A stretch of 64,000 nt of DNA from an uncultured Candidatus Rokubacteria bacterium (GCA_963762145.1 CAVXJS010000010.1:32001-96000); one strand, 5' to 3'; positions 21,663 through 33,197 are shown, counted from the first letter of the stretch. The notes: a model not told the origin generated them from the sequence alone. Program-made: numbers and translations.

Positions 21663-21753
21663 CGCGGGTCCTCCTTGTCGCGCTCATTATAGGACGAGGC
21701 GGGTCGGCGCATCACGGCGGTTTCGGCGTACTATCATCCGCGAGGAGACGACG

Positions 21754-24059
21754 GTGAGCTTCCGCGTCATCGGCAAGGGCACCCCGAAGCGCGATGGGGC
21801 CGAGAAGGTCACCGGCCACACCCAGTTCCTGCACGACGTCACGCTGCCGCGCCTGGCCCACGGCGCGATCCTCCGCACGCCCTACCCGCACGCGCGCGTC
21901 CTGCGCATCGACACGAGCGCGGCCGAGGCGCTGCCCGGGGTGGTCGCGGTGATCACCGCCGACCGCGTCGAGCAGCACCCGTTCGGCTTCGCCAAGGACC
22001 ATCTGGCGCTCAAGGGCGGCGCGGCCGACGGCGGCAAGGTGCGCTGCATCCGGGACGAGGTCGCCGCGGTGGCCGCGCTGACCGAGGAGATCGCCCAGGA
22101 GGCGGTGCGGCGCATCCGGGTGGACTACGAGGAGCTGCCGGCGGTGTTCGACCCGGCGGCGGCGCTCGCGCCGGGCGCTCCGCTCGTCCACGACGAGCGC
22201 GGCGGCAATCTCGTCAACCTCCGCTACCAGTTCGCGCACGGCGACGTGGAGGCGGCCTTCGCCCGGGCCGACGCGGTCGTGGTCGAGGGCGAGTACCGGC
22301 TCAACTACGTCACCACCGCCTGCCTGGGCACCATGGTGGCGATCGCGGCCTGGAGCCAGCCCGAGAGTCCGACGCGTCCCTCACGATGTGGAGCACGACC
22401 CAGGTGCCGTTCCTCTACCAGCGCGACCTGGCCGAGGCGCTGGGCATCACCGGCGACCGGGTGCGCGTGATGCAGCCGCCGGTCGGCGGCAACTTCGGGC
22501 GCGGGCTCGATCTCTACCCGATCGACATCATCGCCGCGCTGCTGGCCCGCCGCGCGCGGCGGCCGGTGAAGATCGCCTTCGAGCGGATCGAGGAGTTCAT
22601 CGCGAGCCCGACCCGCGAGCCGTGCGTGATCCACCTCCGGACCGCGGCGGATCGCGACGGCCGGCTGCTCGCCCGCGACGCGCGCGTGGTGATCGACAAC
22701 GGCGCCTACGTCTCCTGGGGCTCGACCACGCCGTACGTGATGCTGTCCACCACCGCCGGGCTCTATCGCGTGCCCGCGGTGCGCTTCGACACCACGATCG
22801 TCTACACCAACAATCCCTACTCCGGCTCCATGCGCGGCTACGGCAATCTCGAGAGCACGTTCGCCATCGAGGCCCAGATGGACGACCTGGCCGAGCGGCT
22901 CGCCCTCGATCCGGTCGAGATTCGCCGCCGCAACGCCACGCGGCCGGGCGACGTGAACCCGCAGGGCAACGTCGTCACCTCCTGCGCGATGACCGAGTGC
23001 CTGGACGCGGTCGAGCGCGAGATGCGGAAGGCGGCGGGCGAGACCCCGCGGCCCGGCTGGCGCCGGGGCGTCGGCTACGCGGGCGATGTTCCACGTGGGC
23101 GGCGGCGCGCGCGTGTACCGCTCCGACGGCTGCGGGGCCATCCTCAGGCTGGACGACTTCGGCAAGGTCTCGCTGCTCACCGGGGCCAGCGAGATCGGGC
23201 AGGGATCGGAGACGGTGCTGGCCATGATCGTGGCCGAGGCGCTGGGCGTCCCGCTCGGGCGGGTGGAGGTGATCAACAGCGACACCGCGATCAAGCCCTG
23301 GGACGTGGGCGTGCACGCCAGCCGCACCACGTTCATCGCCGGCAACGCCGCGCTCCTGGCCGCGCGCGAAGCTGCGAGGCCAAGCTCCTCGCGCTGGCCG
23401 CCACGGTGATGGACGAGCGCGAGGACGATCTCGAGGTCGCCGACGGCCGCGTCCGCGTCAAGGGGCCATCCCGAGCGCAGCATGGAGTACGAGCGGGTGG
23501 TCCGCGCCGGCCACTTCCGCGAGGGCGGCCGCACGCTGGTGGCCGAGGCCTTCTACGATCCGCCCAACGAGATGCTGTCGAAGGACCTGCGCGGCAACGT
23601 CTCGGCCGCGTACGGCTTCGCCGCGCAGGCCGCGCTGGTGGAGGTGAGCGAGGCGACCGGCCAGGTGCGCGGTGCTGAAGATCGCGTCGGCTCACGACGT
23701 GGGCCGCGCCCTCAACCCGCTCGCCGCCGAGGGGCAGATCCACGGCGGCATCCACATGGGGCTCGGCTACGCCCTGTCCGAGGAGCTGCGTGATCGAGCA
23801 GGGGCGCGTGCTGAATCCCCAGTTCATGGAGTACGCGCTGCTCACCGCCGCCGACATGCCCGAGATCGTGATCCACCTGATCGAGACCGTCGACGAGGCC
23901 GGCCCCTTCGGCGCCAAGGGGCTCGGCGAGTCCGGAGTGATCCCGGTGGCCGCCGCGGTGGCCAACGCGGTGAAGGACGCGGTGGGCGTGCGGCTCACCG
24001 CGCTGCCGATGACGCCCGAGCGCGTGTTCCGGGCGCTGGCGTCGCGGCCCTCGCCGTGA
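21754..24059 (+). CDS. xanthine dehydrogenase-family molybdopterin-binding subunit (HcrA/HbaC-like), frameshifted
   Basis: ILRTPYPHAR, VGGNFG, SMRGYG, EIGQGS, GQIHGG, GPFGAKGLGE across frames. Confidence 0.85.
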
Positions 24060-24089
24060 GCGCGCCCCCAGCGTGAGCGCTCGCCCTTC

Positions 24090-25370
24090 ATGAGTGCTCG
24101 GATGTGGGAGCCGCAGGCCGAGTCGCTCCCGCGGGAGGCGCTGGAGCGGCAGACGCTCGAGGGGCTCCGGCGGACGCTCGGCCACGCCCGGGGCCACGAG
24201 GCCTGGCGGCGCCGACTCGGCGACGTGGAGCCCGGCGACATCCGCGCGGCCGCCGACTGGTCCGGGCTGCCCGTTCCTCACCAAGGACGAGCTGCGCGAC
24301 GCCTATCCGTTCGGCCTCGCCTGCGCCGAGCCCGGGCGCGTCCTGCGCGTGCACATGTCCTCGGGCACCACCGGCAACCCGGTCGTCAACCCGTACACGC
24401 GCGCCGACGTGGAGCAGTGGACCACGGTGATGGCGCGCTGCCTCGTGACGGCGGGCGTGGGCCCGCGGGACGTGGTGCAGGTGACGCCGTCGTTCGGCCT
24501 CTTCACCGGCGGCTTCGGGTTCCACTACGGGGCCGAGCGGATCGGGGCGATGGTGGTGCCGATCGGCGCCGGCCGCACGTCCTTGCAGCTGCAGCTCATG
24601 CGCGACCTCGGGGCCACGGTGCTGGCCGCCATCTCCACCTATCCGCTGCGCCTCCTCGAGGTGGCGCGCGCGCGAGCGGTTCGATCTGGGCTCGCTCCGG
24701 CTCCGGGTGGCGCTGCTGGGCTCCGAGATGTGGTCCGACGACCTGCGCGGGCTGATCGAGCGCGAGCTCGGCCTCATCACCTTCGACATCATCGGGATGA
24801 CCGAGACGGGCGGCCCCGGGCTCGGCATCGACTGCCCGGCGCGGGCCGGCATCCACGTCTGGGAGGACCACTACTTCTGCGAGATCGTGGACCCGGCCAC
24901 CGGGCGCCCGCGCGCGGACGGCGAGCCGGGTGAGCTGGTGGTGAGCACGCTCACCCGCGAAGGGCTTCCGCTGATCCGCTACCGGACCCACGACCTGACG
25001 CGCGTGCTGGGCCGCGAGCCCTGCGCGCTGCGGACGCACCCACCTGCGCCTGGACCGTCTGCACGGGCGCACCGACGACATGGTGATCTTCCGTGGCGTC
25101 AACTTCTACCCGCGCCAGGTCGAATCGCTGCTGCTCAAGCAGCCCGGCGCGGGCCCCGAGTACCAGATCGTCCTCGACCGGAGCCCGGGCGGCAGCGACC
25201 GGCTCGCGTTGCTGCTCGAGGCCCGCCCGGGGTTCGCCGAGACGGGCCTGCCTCGGCTCCGCGCCGAGCTCCGGCAATTCCTGAACCTGAGCCCGGAGAT
25301 CACGCTGCTCGAGGAGGGCGCGCTGCCACGCGCCCCTGGGAAGGCGGTGCGGGTGGTGGACCGGCGCTAG
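24090..25370 (+). CDS. paaK: phenylacetate-CoA ligase-like protein, frameshifted
   Basis: HMSSGTTGNP, GLFTGGFGFHYGAE, GMTETGGPG, PLIRYRTHDL, GKAVRVVDRR. Confidence 0.8.
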
Positions 25371-25975
25371 TACGCCTTCCGCGCCCGCCGGTTCGACCGC
25401 ACCATGTAGACGATCACGCCGCCGGCCACCGCGATCAGCGCGGCGAGCGCCACCCAATGCTCCACCCGGTGCACGTCGGCCATGATGGCGGTGACCCGGT
25501 TCGTGAACAGGTAGGCCAGCGCGAAGGTGAGGGGCACGGTCACCGCGGCGGCGGCCGCGTCGGCCACGAGGAACTTCCAGAACGGCACGCGCGCGATCCC
25601 CGCGGTCAGGAACGCCGCGGCGCGGAGCCCCGCGACGTGGCGCGACATGGCGACTGTCTTCATCGCGTGCGTGCGGTAGGCCTCGGTCAGCAAGGCCGCG
25701 CGCTCCGCCGTCAGCACCCAGCGGACCGCGCCCCAGCGAAGGACGCGCTCGCCCCACCGCCGGCCGATCCAGTAGAGCGTCACGTCGCCGGACAGCACGC
25801 CGAGCAGGCACACCGGCAACGCGAGCCACCACCGCATCAGGCGCTCGTGGCTCAGGATGCCGGCGGCGACGATCGGCATCTCCTCCGGGATCGGCACGCC
25901 GAGGCCGCCGAGGAGCAGGACGAGCAGGATTCCGGCGTAGGTGAACCGGTCGAGGAGCTCCTGGAGGATGGCCAT
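25367..25975 (-). CDS. DedA family membrane protein
   Basis: GLGVPIPEE, GDVTLYWIGRRWG, SRHVAGLR, AGIARVPFWKF. Confidence 0.9.
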   Translation of the reverse strand: MAILQELLDRFTYAGILLVLLLGGLGVPIPEEMPIVAAGILSHERLMRWWLALPVCLLGVLSGDVTLYWIGRRWGERVLRWGAVRWVLTAERAALLTEAYRTHAMKTVAMSRHVAGLRAAAFLTAGIARVPFWKFLVADAAAAAVTVPLTFALAYLFTNRVTAIMADVHRVEHWVALAALIAVAGGVIVYMVRSNRRARKAY

Positions 25976-26042
25976 CGGATTCGGAGCTTAGCATCCTGGC
26001 GGCGGGAGGAGCGGTGTGGCAGACTCCACGCGGAGGCTCCCC

Positions 26043-26920
26043 ATGCGCGATCCCGACGCCCTGATCTCGACCGACGTCCTGGCCGCCCGACTCGCCGAGC
26101 CCGGGCTGCGCATCTACGACTGCACGACGTATCTGGAGCCGCCCGATCCTGGCTCGGAGGATCCCTACAAGGTGGTGTCCGGCCGGAAGACCTTCGTCGC
26201 CGGCCACATCCCGGGGGCCGACTTCCTCGACCTGCAGGGGGAGCTCTCCGCGACCGACACGAAGCTCAAGTTCATGATGCCGCCGGCCGAGCACCTGGCG
26301 CGCGCCCTCGGTCAGCACGGCCTGGGTGACGGTGCCCGGGTCGTGCTCTACAGTATCGACAGCATGATGTGGTCCACGCGGGTCTGGTGGATGCTCCGGG
26401 CGCTCGGCTTCGACGGTGCCGCGGTGCTCGATGGCGGCTTCGACCGCTGGCAGGCGGAGGGCCGCGCGATCGAGACCGGCGAGCCGCAAGGCTACCCGCC
26501 CGCCAGGTTCACGCCGCGACTCCGCCCGGGACGGTTCGTCGACAAGGCCGCGGTCAAGGCTGCGATCGGCGACCCCGGCACCGTGACCATGAACGCGCTC
26601 CGTCCCCAATCCCACCAGGGCGTGGGGCCCTCGCCCTACGGCCGGCCGGGCCGCGTGCCAGGCTCGGTCAACGTGCCGGCGGCGACGCTCGATCGATCCC
26701 GCGAGCAAGCGCTTCGTCTCGCCGGCCGCCGCCCTCGCGCAGTTCGACGCCGCCGGCATCGACGAAGGACAAGCACGTGATCGCCTACTGCGGGGGCGGG
26801 ATCTCGGCCACGCTCGACCTCTTCGTGCTGCACCAGCTCGGCTTCGACGACATCACGCTCTACGACGGTTCGATGGGCGAGTGGGCGAAGGACCCGAGCC
26901 TGCCGATCGAGACCGGCTAG
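26043..26920 (+). CDS. two-domain rhodanese/sulfurtransferase, frameshifted
   Basis: GHIPGADF, RVWWML, LDGG, GRVPGSVN, YCGGGISA, LYDGSMGEW. Confidence 0.88.
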
Positions 26921-28083
26921 CGCTTCTTCTTGAAGGCCGGCATCACCTGCGCGGAGAAGCGCTCGAGCTGCTCGAGGATCACCGCCTGCGGCGTGCCGAC
27001 CGGCTGGCCGACGTTGACGACCTCGAGGCCGGGGTACTTGTGCTGGATCTCCATGAGCTGCTCGGTGATGAGCTCGGGCGGCCCGATCAGCCATGAGCCC
27101 GCCTTGACCGCGTTGCGCAGCGTCGGCAGGTTGGCCTGACGCACCCGCTTCGGGTCGGCCACCGCGTCGATCTGCTCGGGGGTGAGGCCGGGCACGAAGC
27201 CGAGCGGGGCGAACATCTTGATGTTCTCCTCGAAGAACGGCGTCGCCTCCTTGATGCCCTGGTCGACGCTGTCGGCGATGTGGAACGAGAACCCGATGCA
27301 GAGCCCCTCGCCCAGCTCGCCCTCCCGTCCGGCGCGGGCGCGGGACTCGCGGAAGGCGTTGACCACCTTCTCGTTGGCGCCGCCGGGTGCCGCGCCGCCG
27401 CCGATGATGCCCCGGATGTCGTGCTTCGCCATGAAGTCGAGCGCCCGCGGGCTCGCGCTGACCACCGGCTGCCAGCACTCGACGGGCAGCGTCTTCGGCC
27501 GCGGCACCAGCGTGATCTCCTCGAGCTCGTAGCCCCGGTAGGGCACGCGCGGCGGGATCGTGTAGTGCTTGCCCTGGTGCGAGAAGGCGCGCTCGTTGAA
27601 CGACTTGAAGATGAGGTCGACCTGCTCCTCGAAGAGCTCGCGGTTGGCGTTCTGGTCGAGCAGCGGCGCCCCGAACGCCTCGACCTCGCGGGTGTGGTAG
27701 CCGCGCCCGACGCCGAACACGACGCGGCCGCCGGTCAGCCAGTCGACGGTGGCGAAGTCCTCGGCCATCCGGATCGGGTGCCACATCGGCGCGATGTTGA
27801 AGCCGCAGCCGACGCGGATGTTCTTCGTGAGGTGGCAGAGGTGCAGGGCCAGCATCAGCACGTTCGGGATGCACTCGTAGCCTTCGCGCTGGAAGTGGTG
27901 CTCGGCCAGCCAGAAGACGTCGTAGCCGGTCCGGTCCATCAGCTTGGCGATCGCCTCGCTCTTCGGGAACACCGTCGCCAGGCGCTCGTCGGACAGCCAG
28001 CGATCGTTCGCGGGCGTGCCGTCGAATCCCTCGTTGTCCAGATCCACGTGACCCGCGAAGAGGCTGCCGAAGCTCGTGATCAT
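26917..28083 (-). CDS. LLM-class flavin-dependent oxidoreductase
   Basis: WLAEHHFQ, WHPIRMAED, GRVVFGVGRGY. Confidence 0.9.
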   Translation of the reverse strand: MITSFGSLFAGHVDLDNEGFDGTPANDRWLSDERLATVFPKSEAIAKLMDRTGYDVFWLAEHHFQREGYECIPNVLMLALHLCHLTKNIRVGCGFNIAPMWHPIRMAEDFATVDWLTGGRVVFGVGRGYHTREVEAFGAPLLDQNANRELFEEQVDLIFKSFNERAFSHQGKHYTIPPRVPYRGYELEEITLVPRPKTLPVECWQPVVSASPRALDFMAKHDIRGIIGGGAAPGGANEKVVNAFRESRARAGREGELGEGLCIGFSFHIADSVDQGIKEATPFFEENIKMFAPLGFVPGLTPEQIDAVADPKRVRQANLPTLRNAVKAGSWLIGPPELITEQLMEIQHKYPGLEVVNVGQPVGTPQAVILEQLERFSAQVMPAFKKKR

Positions 28084-28094
28084 GATGGCTCCCG

Positions 28095-29279
28095 TCAGGA
28101 CAGCTTGTAGGCCCGGGCGACGTTATCGCCCAGGATGGCGCGGCGCCCCGAGTCCGGCATCGGCGCCACCATCAGGCTAAGCTCCTCGAGGTAGTTGCCC
28201 GGGTGGTCGGGATGCGGGTAGTCGCTCGCCCAGAAGAATTTGTCCTCGCCGACCAGCTGCATCATGGCGGGGATCGTGCGCTCGTCCGGATCGGCCGAGA
28301 TGAAGCACTGGCGCTTGAAGTAGTGCGACGGCTTCTCCTTGAGCCGCACGGTGGCGCCGAGCGTGGTGCCGCCGAAGATGGCGTCGGCCCGGTCCAGGAA
28401 GTAGCCGATCCAGCCCGCCTGCGACTCGAGGACCACCACGCGCAGGCGCGGGAAGCGGTCGAAGACCCCGAGCTGGAAGAACGTGGCGAAGGCCTGCTGC
28501 ACGCCGTGGCCCGCGAAGAGATCGAAGTACCACACCGCCCAGCCGAACTTGTCGAAGCGGTGGTGCACGTTCCAGGCGGGCGGCTCGAACGTCGGGTGGA
28601 TCGCGAGCGGCACGTCCAGGTCCTGCGCGGCCGCGAAGACCGCATCGTGCTCGGGTGCCCCGTGGGGGATGCGCGTGATCGTGAACGGGCACACGAAGGC
28701 CCCGCGGCAGCCGTCGCGCACCGCGCGCTCGAGCTCCCGCGCCGCCTCGGCCGGATCGCCCAGCGAGAGGTGCGCGATGGGGATCAGCCGGCCCCCGGAG
28801 TCGCGACAGAAATCGGCGATCCAGCGGTTGTACGCGCGGCAGTAGGCGCCGGACAGCTCGGCGTCCATCAGCTCGGCCTCCCAGAGGAGCCCGATCGTCG
28901 GGTAGAGGACGGCCTTGGCCATGCCCTCGCGATCGAGGAGCTGCACGCGCTCGGCCATGTCCATGGTGCCGAACGCGGCGCCGCGCAGGTAGGTCTGCTC
29001 CGGCCCCGGCCGGATGCCTCGCATATCTTCTGGCCGCATCTCGCCGCGCATGGCCCGCTCGCGCAGCAGGCGCGCCTCGTCGACGCGTTTGCCCATCCCG
29101 CCCAGCGTGCCGAGCTGGCCGGGGCGGGGCAGGGTGGCGCGCCGCCCGTCGAGCTCGAGGTACTCGTAGCCGTCGTCGCCGACCCGGATCCGGATCGCGC
29201 GGCTCCGGTAGCGCGGCTCGAGATACTTCTCCCAGAGATCGGGTGGCTCGAGGATGTGCCCGTCGCAATCGATGATCAT
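28095..29279 (-). CDS. amidohydrolase family 2 protein
   Basis: IDCDGHILEP, LYPT, AYNRWIADFC, IHP, LESQAGW, ASDYPHPD. Confidence 0.9.
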   Translation of the reverse strand: MIIDCDGHILEPPDLWEKYLEPRYRSRAIRIRVGDDGYEYLELDGRRATLPRPGQLGTLGGMGKRVDEARLLRERAMRGEMRPEDMRGIRPGPEQTYLRGAAFGTMDMAERVQLLDREGMAKAVLYPTIGLLWEAELMDAELSGAYCRAYNRWIADFCRDSGGRLIPIAHLSLGDPAEAARELERAVRDGCRGAFVCPFTITRIPHGAPEHDAVFAAAQDLDVPLAIHPTFEPPAWNVHHRFDKFGWAVWYFDLFAGHGVQQAFATFFQLGVFDRFPRLRVVVLESQAGWIGYFLDRADAIFGGTTLGATVRLKEKPSHYFKRQCFISADPDERTIPAMMQLVGEDKFFWASDYPHPDHPGNYLEELSLMVAPMPDSGRRAILGDNVARAYKLS

Positions 29280-29368
29280 GGCGTCGATCCACGGGAACCG
29301 TACCACACCCGGGAGAGCAGCTAAATCGCCGCTTCGGGGTAAATTCTCCCTCTCGTACCATCGTGGGT

Positions 29369-31993
29369 ATGAAGAGGGCGCTGGCTGCCCTGCTGGGCGT
29401 CCTGGTCGTGCTCGGAGCGGCCCTCTACTTCTTCGTCGCTCGCCCCATCCTCCGGCCCTCCGAGGTGACCGCGGTCGCGGAGAGCGCGCTCGCCACGGAG
29501 GACCTGCTCGTGCTCGGCGGGATCAACGTCAGGCAGGCCGTGTTCCTGGAGCGCTGGTTCCTCGGGGCGCCGCGCGCCTCGACGGCGCAAGCGGTGCCGA
29601 CGACCGCCGCGGTGGCGGACCGATCGCTCCTCGAGCACCTGCGGGCGGCCGGCGTGGATGCGCGCCACGATGTGGACCACGCGCTCTATGCGCTCTACCC
29701 CGCCGCCGCCGGGACCGCCCGGCACGCGGTCGTGCTGGTCGGCCGCTTCAACCCCACGGCCCTCAACACCTACCTGACTCGTGAGCTGCGCGCGGCGGCG
29801 CGGGCCGGGGCGGCGCCGGCATCCTACGAGGTCGCCCGCACGGATCCCGCCACCTGCCGGCCGGCCGCCACCTGGATCGTGACCGTCACCCCGGAGTGGA
29901 TCATCCTGGCGGATCCGGCCTCGCACGCCGCCCTGCTTGCGCGCCTCGCGAGCCCGCCGTCGGAGAAGCGGGAGCCGCTCGAGTGGTGGCGCACCCTCGC
30001 TCGCGCGGACGTGGCCAGCGTGGCGATCACGAGCCTGGACCGGCTGGAGACCGGGCTCTCCCAGCCGTTCGTGAAGGACCGCGCGAAGGCCCTCGCCTCC
30101 GAAGGCAACGCCTTCGCGCGCGTGTACGTGGGTCTCGGGGTGAAGCCGGTGCCGCCGCAGGGCGTGCTCCGCTTCGTGATCGACGCGAAGGACGCCGGCG
30201 GTGGCGCGGAGCGGATCCGAGCCTGGGAGCAGACGGTGAACAGCTCCCGGGCCCGGTGGCAGGACAGCATGCCCAGCGTGGCCGCCCTCTACGACAGCCT
30301 GAAGGTTCGCGCCGACGGCACGCGGAGCACGATCGAGTTCACCGTCGACCGCAGCCTCGCGGCGAGCTCCCAGCGCGTCGTCGGCGAGCTCCTGGCCGCC
30401 GCGCTGGGCGGGCTCGGAGGACGGGTCAGCAGTCCGGCCGCGGCGCCGCCCGCCGAGCAGATCGACACCCAGCCCCTGACGTTCGTGCCCGCGCTCGCAC
30501 CGGGGTCGCTGCCCGCCTACGACCCGCAGGTGCCGTTCGCGGAAGAGGTGGACCAGATCCAGGGGCCCTTCGGGCTCCGCCTCGGCGAGCTGCGGCTGAG
30601 CGCCGACCCCGCGGCCGGCCTGGAGCTGGTCATCGAGGGGTTCGCGAAGGAGATCCCGAATCTCGGCGGCAGCGACGAGCGCGTGCGCCTCGTCATCGAC
30701 AGCGTCAAGTCCACCGGCGGGCAGGAGCTGCTGCGGCCCGAACCGTGCGGGCGCGAGCGCAATACGAAGCCGGAGTCGTTCAGGAGCTGGGGATCCAAGC
30801 AGCTCAAGGCGACCAAGACGGTGCGCCTGATCCCCGGGGCCGATCCCGCCGCGCTGAAGAGCATCTCGGGCCGGGTTCAGCTCCGGCTGCCCACGAGGAC
30901 CGAGGTCGTCACCCTGGACCACCCGAAGCCCGGCGCGTCCGTCGACAAGCTCGGCGCCGTCTTCAGCGTCACCGCGGTGGAGGGCGGCAGCGTGTCGTAC
31001 CAGATCTCCGGCGCCCGCGATCGGGTGCTCCTCATCAGGGCGCTGAACAGTAAGGGACAGCCGCTGGCCTCTCCGAGCAGCTTCTCGTCCGACTTCCTGT
31101 TCGGAGACGGCCTCTCCGGGCAGAAGAACTACGCGGGGTCGATCGATCGTCTCGAGGTTGTCTTCGCCGCCGAGGAGGAGGCGCTGGAGCTGCCGTTCAC
31201 GCTGGCCGACTTCGCCCCCTCGGGGAAAGCGGGGAGTGTCGCCCTCGATCGAACGCCGCCGTTTCGCCCGTACAGCCATCAGGCCCTGCAGCGGGACTAC
31301 CCGCGCCCGGGCCGCGGCGGGACCGGGCTCGAGCCCTTCGAGCTGTCGCTCGACAAGGTCCAGTCCTTCTTCGGATTGAAGCTCGACGTCACCCTGCGAA
31401 GCCCGGAGATCCCGGGCTTCGAGAAGGCCTTCGGGGTCGGGCGGCTCCGGCTCACCCGGGTCCAGCTCCAGGACGGCAGCGTGATCGAGCCGCCCGCGAG
31501 CGAGGTGGCCGGCTCGGTCGCGGCGATGCGGTCGCGGTGGGACAGCGCGATTCGCTTCGGCGGCTCGCCCCAGGACGGACGGCTCTCGACCGCGATGACC
31601 TTCTTCATGGATTCGAAGGCCAAGCCCGAGGACGTCAAGGCGGTGCAAGGCGTCCTGACGCTCCGGTTCCCCAAGGCGCTCGACACGGTGGCGCTCGAGG
31701 ATCTGACCGTGGGCCGGCAAGCGCAGCTGCGCGATCTGACCGTCACCGTCGTGGCCCGGGGCCGGAAGAGCGTGACGCTCCAGACCAATCGCGACGGCGA
31801 CCGGGTCTACTATGTCCGGCTGATCGGGGCCGACGGCCAGGCCCTCGCGTTCTTCGGACCGAACGTCACCGAGGCGCCGGACGGCGCGTGGCGCTTCGAG
31901 CTGTCGCCGCTCTCCCCGGCCGTGAGAGCGGAGATCACGGTGGCCCGAGAGGTGGACCAGAAGAGCTACTCGGTGAGCCTGACGCCCAGGTAG
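29369..31993 (+). CDS. large membrane-anchored/exported hypothetical protein with an internal duplication
   Basis: 874-aa ORF, N-terminal hydrophobic helix, typical codon usage, two related beta-rich units in the C-terminal half. Confidence 0.75.
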   Translation: MKRALAALLGVLVVLGAALYFFVARPILRPSEVTAVAESALATEDLLVLGGINVRQAVFLERWFLGAPRASTAQAVPTTAAVADRSLLEHLRAAGVDARHDVDHALYALYPAAAGTARHAVVLVGRFNPTALNTYLTRELRAAARAGAAPASYEVARTDPATCRPAATWIVTVTPEWIILADPASHAALLARLASPPSEKREPLEWWRTLARADVASVAITSLDRLETGLSQPFVKDRAKALASEGNAFARVYVGLGVKPVPPQGVLRFVIDAKDAGGGAERIRAWEQTVNSSRARWQDSMPSVAALYDSLKVRADGTRSTIEFTVDRSLAASSQRVVGELLAAALGGLGGRVSSPAAAPPAEQIDTQPLTFVPALAPGSLPAYDPQVPFAEEVDQIQGPFGLRLGELRLSADPAAGLELVIEGFAKEIPNLGGSDERVRLVIDSVKSTGGQELLRPEPCGRERNTKPESFRSWGSKQLKATKTVRLIPGADPAALKSISGRVQLRLPTRTEVVTLDHPKPGASVDKLGAVFSVTAVEGGSVSYQISGARDRVLLIRALNSKGQPLASPSSFSSDFLFGDGLSGQKNYAGSIDRLEVVFAAEEEALELPFTLADFAPSGKAGSVALDRTPPFRPYSHQALQRDYPRPGRGGTGLEPFELSLDKVQSFFGLKLDVTLRSPEIPGFEKAFGVGRLRLTRVQLQDGSVIEPPASEVAGSVAAMRSRWDSAIRFGGSPQDGRLSTAMTFFMDSKAKPEDVKAVQGVLTLRFPKALDTVALEDLTVGRQAQLRDLTVTVVARGRKSVTLQTNRDGDRVYYVRLIGADGQALAFFGPNVTEAPDGAWRFELSPLSPAVRAEITVAREVDQKSYSVSLTPR

Positions 31994-32010
31994 CTGCTAG
32001 GATCGGGCCC

Positions 32011-33012
32011 ATGAAGCTGGGCACGTCCGTTCGGTTCCTGTTCCCGACCTCGCCGGCCACCCACGAGCGGTTCAAGAGCCTGTTCGCGTCGATGCCGAAG
32101 GGCGCCTTCATCGAGCGTCCGATGGGCGCGTACGCGCCCGCCGAGCAGGCGCGCAACCTGATGGAGGTCGCGGCCGCGGCGCGCGCCGCCGGGCTCGACG
32201 CGCTGCTGACCGGCGACAGCCACGGCGCGAACCCGGGCTACGCCGCCACGTTCTCGCCGCTGCCCACCGTCGCCCGCCTGATGAGCGTGACCGGCGACAT
32301 GCCGATCGGCGTGGTGCTGCTCGCGCCCTTCTATCACCCCGCGCTGCTGGCCGAGCAGCTCGGCACGCTCGCCGCGTTCGCGGGCGGCCCGCTGATCGTC
32401 ACGTTCGTGCTCGGGGGCCGCCCGCCGCAGTTCGCCGCGTTCGGCATGGAGGAGAAGAGCCGCGTGGGCCGCCTCGAGGAGGTGGTGGCGATCACGCGCG
32501 CGCTGCTCGCGGGCGAGCGGGTCACCCGGCAGGGCCGCTATTACACGCTGGATGCCACGATCAGCCCGCTGCCGCGCGTGCCGGTGGAGATCTGGATCGG
32601 CGGTACAGTGGCCGCGTCGGCCGAGCGCGCGGGGCGGCTCGGCGACGCATGGCTCACCGGCCAGAACGCGAGCGACGAGGAGCTGCGTCGTCAGCTCGAT
32701 CTCTATCGCGCCGCCGCGACGCGCGCCGGGCGCGTGCCGCGGCCGGTCCTGCGGCGCGACATCTACGTCGGCGAGTCGGACGAGGAAGCGCGCGCCGTGG
32801 TCGGCGCGATCCTGGCCGAGGGCTATCGCGGCACGGGCTTCGACCAGCTGCTGGTCGGCAGCGCCGCCAGTGTCGTCGAGAGCCTCGGCCGCTACCGCGA
32901 CATGGGCTTCGACTACGTGATGGTGCGGCACATCGTCGGCGACCATCGGCTCATGCTGCGCTCGTTCGAGCGCATCGGGCGCGACGTGATGCCCCGGATC
33001 CGGGATCTCTAG
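32011..33012 (+). CDS. LLM-class flavin-dependent oxidoreductase
   Basis: YHPALLAEQLGTL, IWIGG, AERAGRLGDAW, GRDVMPRI. Confidence 0.85.
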   Translation: MKLGTSVRFLFPTSPATHERFKSLFASMPKGAFIERPMGAYAPAEQARNLMEVAAAARAAGLDALLTGDSHGANPGYAATFSPLPTVARLMSVTGDMPIGVVLLAPFYHPALLAEQLGTLAAFAGGPLIVTFVLGGRPPQFAAFGMEEKSRVGRLEEVVAITRALLAGERVTRQGRYYTLDATISPLPRVPVEIWIGGTVAASAERAGRLGDAWLTGQNASDEELRRQLDLYRAAATRAGRVPRPVLRRDIYVGESDEEARAVVGAILAEGYRGTGFDQLLVGSAASVVESLGRYRDMGFDYVMVRHIVGDHRLMLRSFERIGRDVMPRIRDL

Positions 33013-33065
33013 CCGCGCAGGATCAGCGCATCGCCTTTGACGGCGTGATGGCCGCTGGGCGTCCG

Positions 33066-33197
33066 GCGCCTGTCACTTCCGACCAGGCCCGGTTCTCCAA
33101 GTAGCTGATTCCGGGGTCTTCGGACCGTGGCCTGTCTCTTGCTGTTCCCCTCCCGGGGTCCGGGACGGAACCCACGGTCGCCAGGCTGGCGCTCTCC
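33066..33197. other. candidate structured RNA/leader (unassigned)
   Basis: GGTC-TTCG-GACC tetraloop hairpin plus GTTCC/GGAAC, TCCCGG/CCGGGA, CAGGCC/GGCCTG and CGACC/GGTCG stems in an intergenic gap. Confidence 0.3.
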
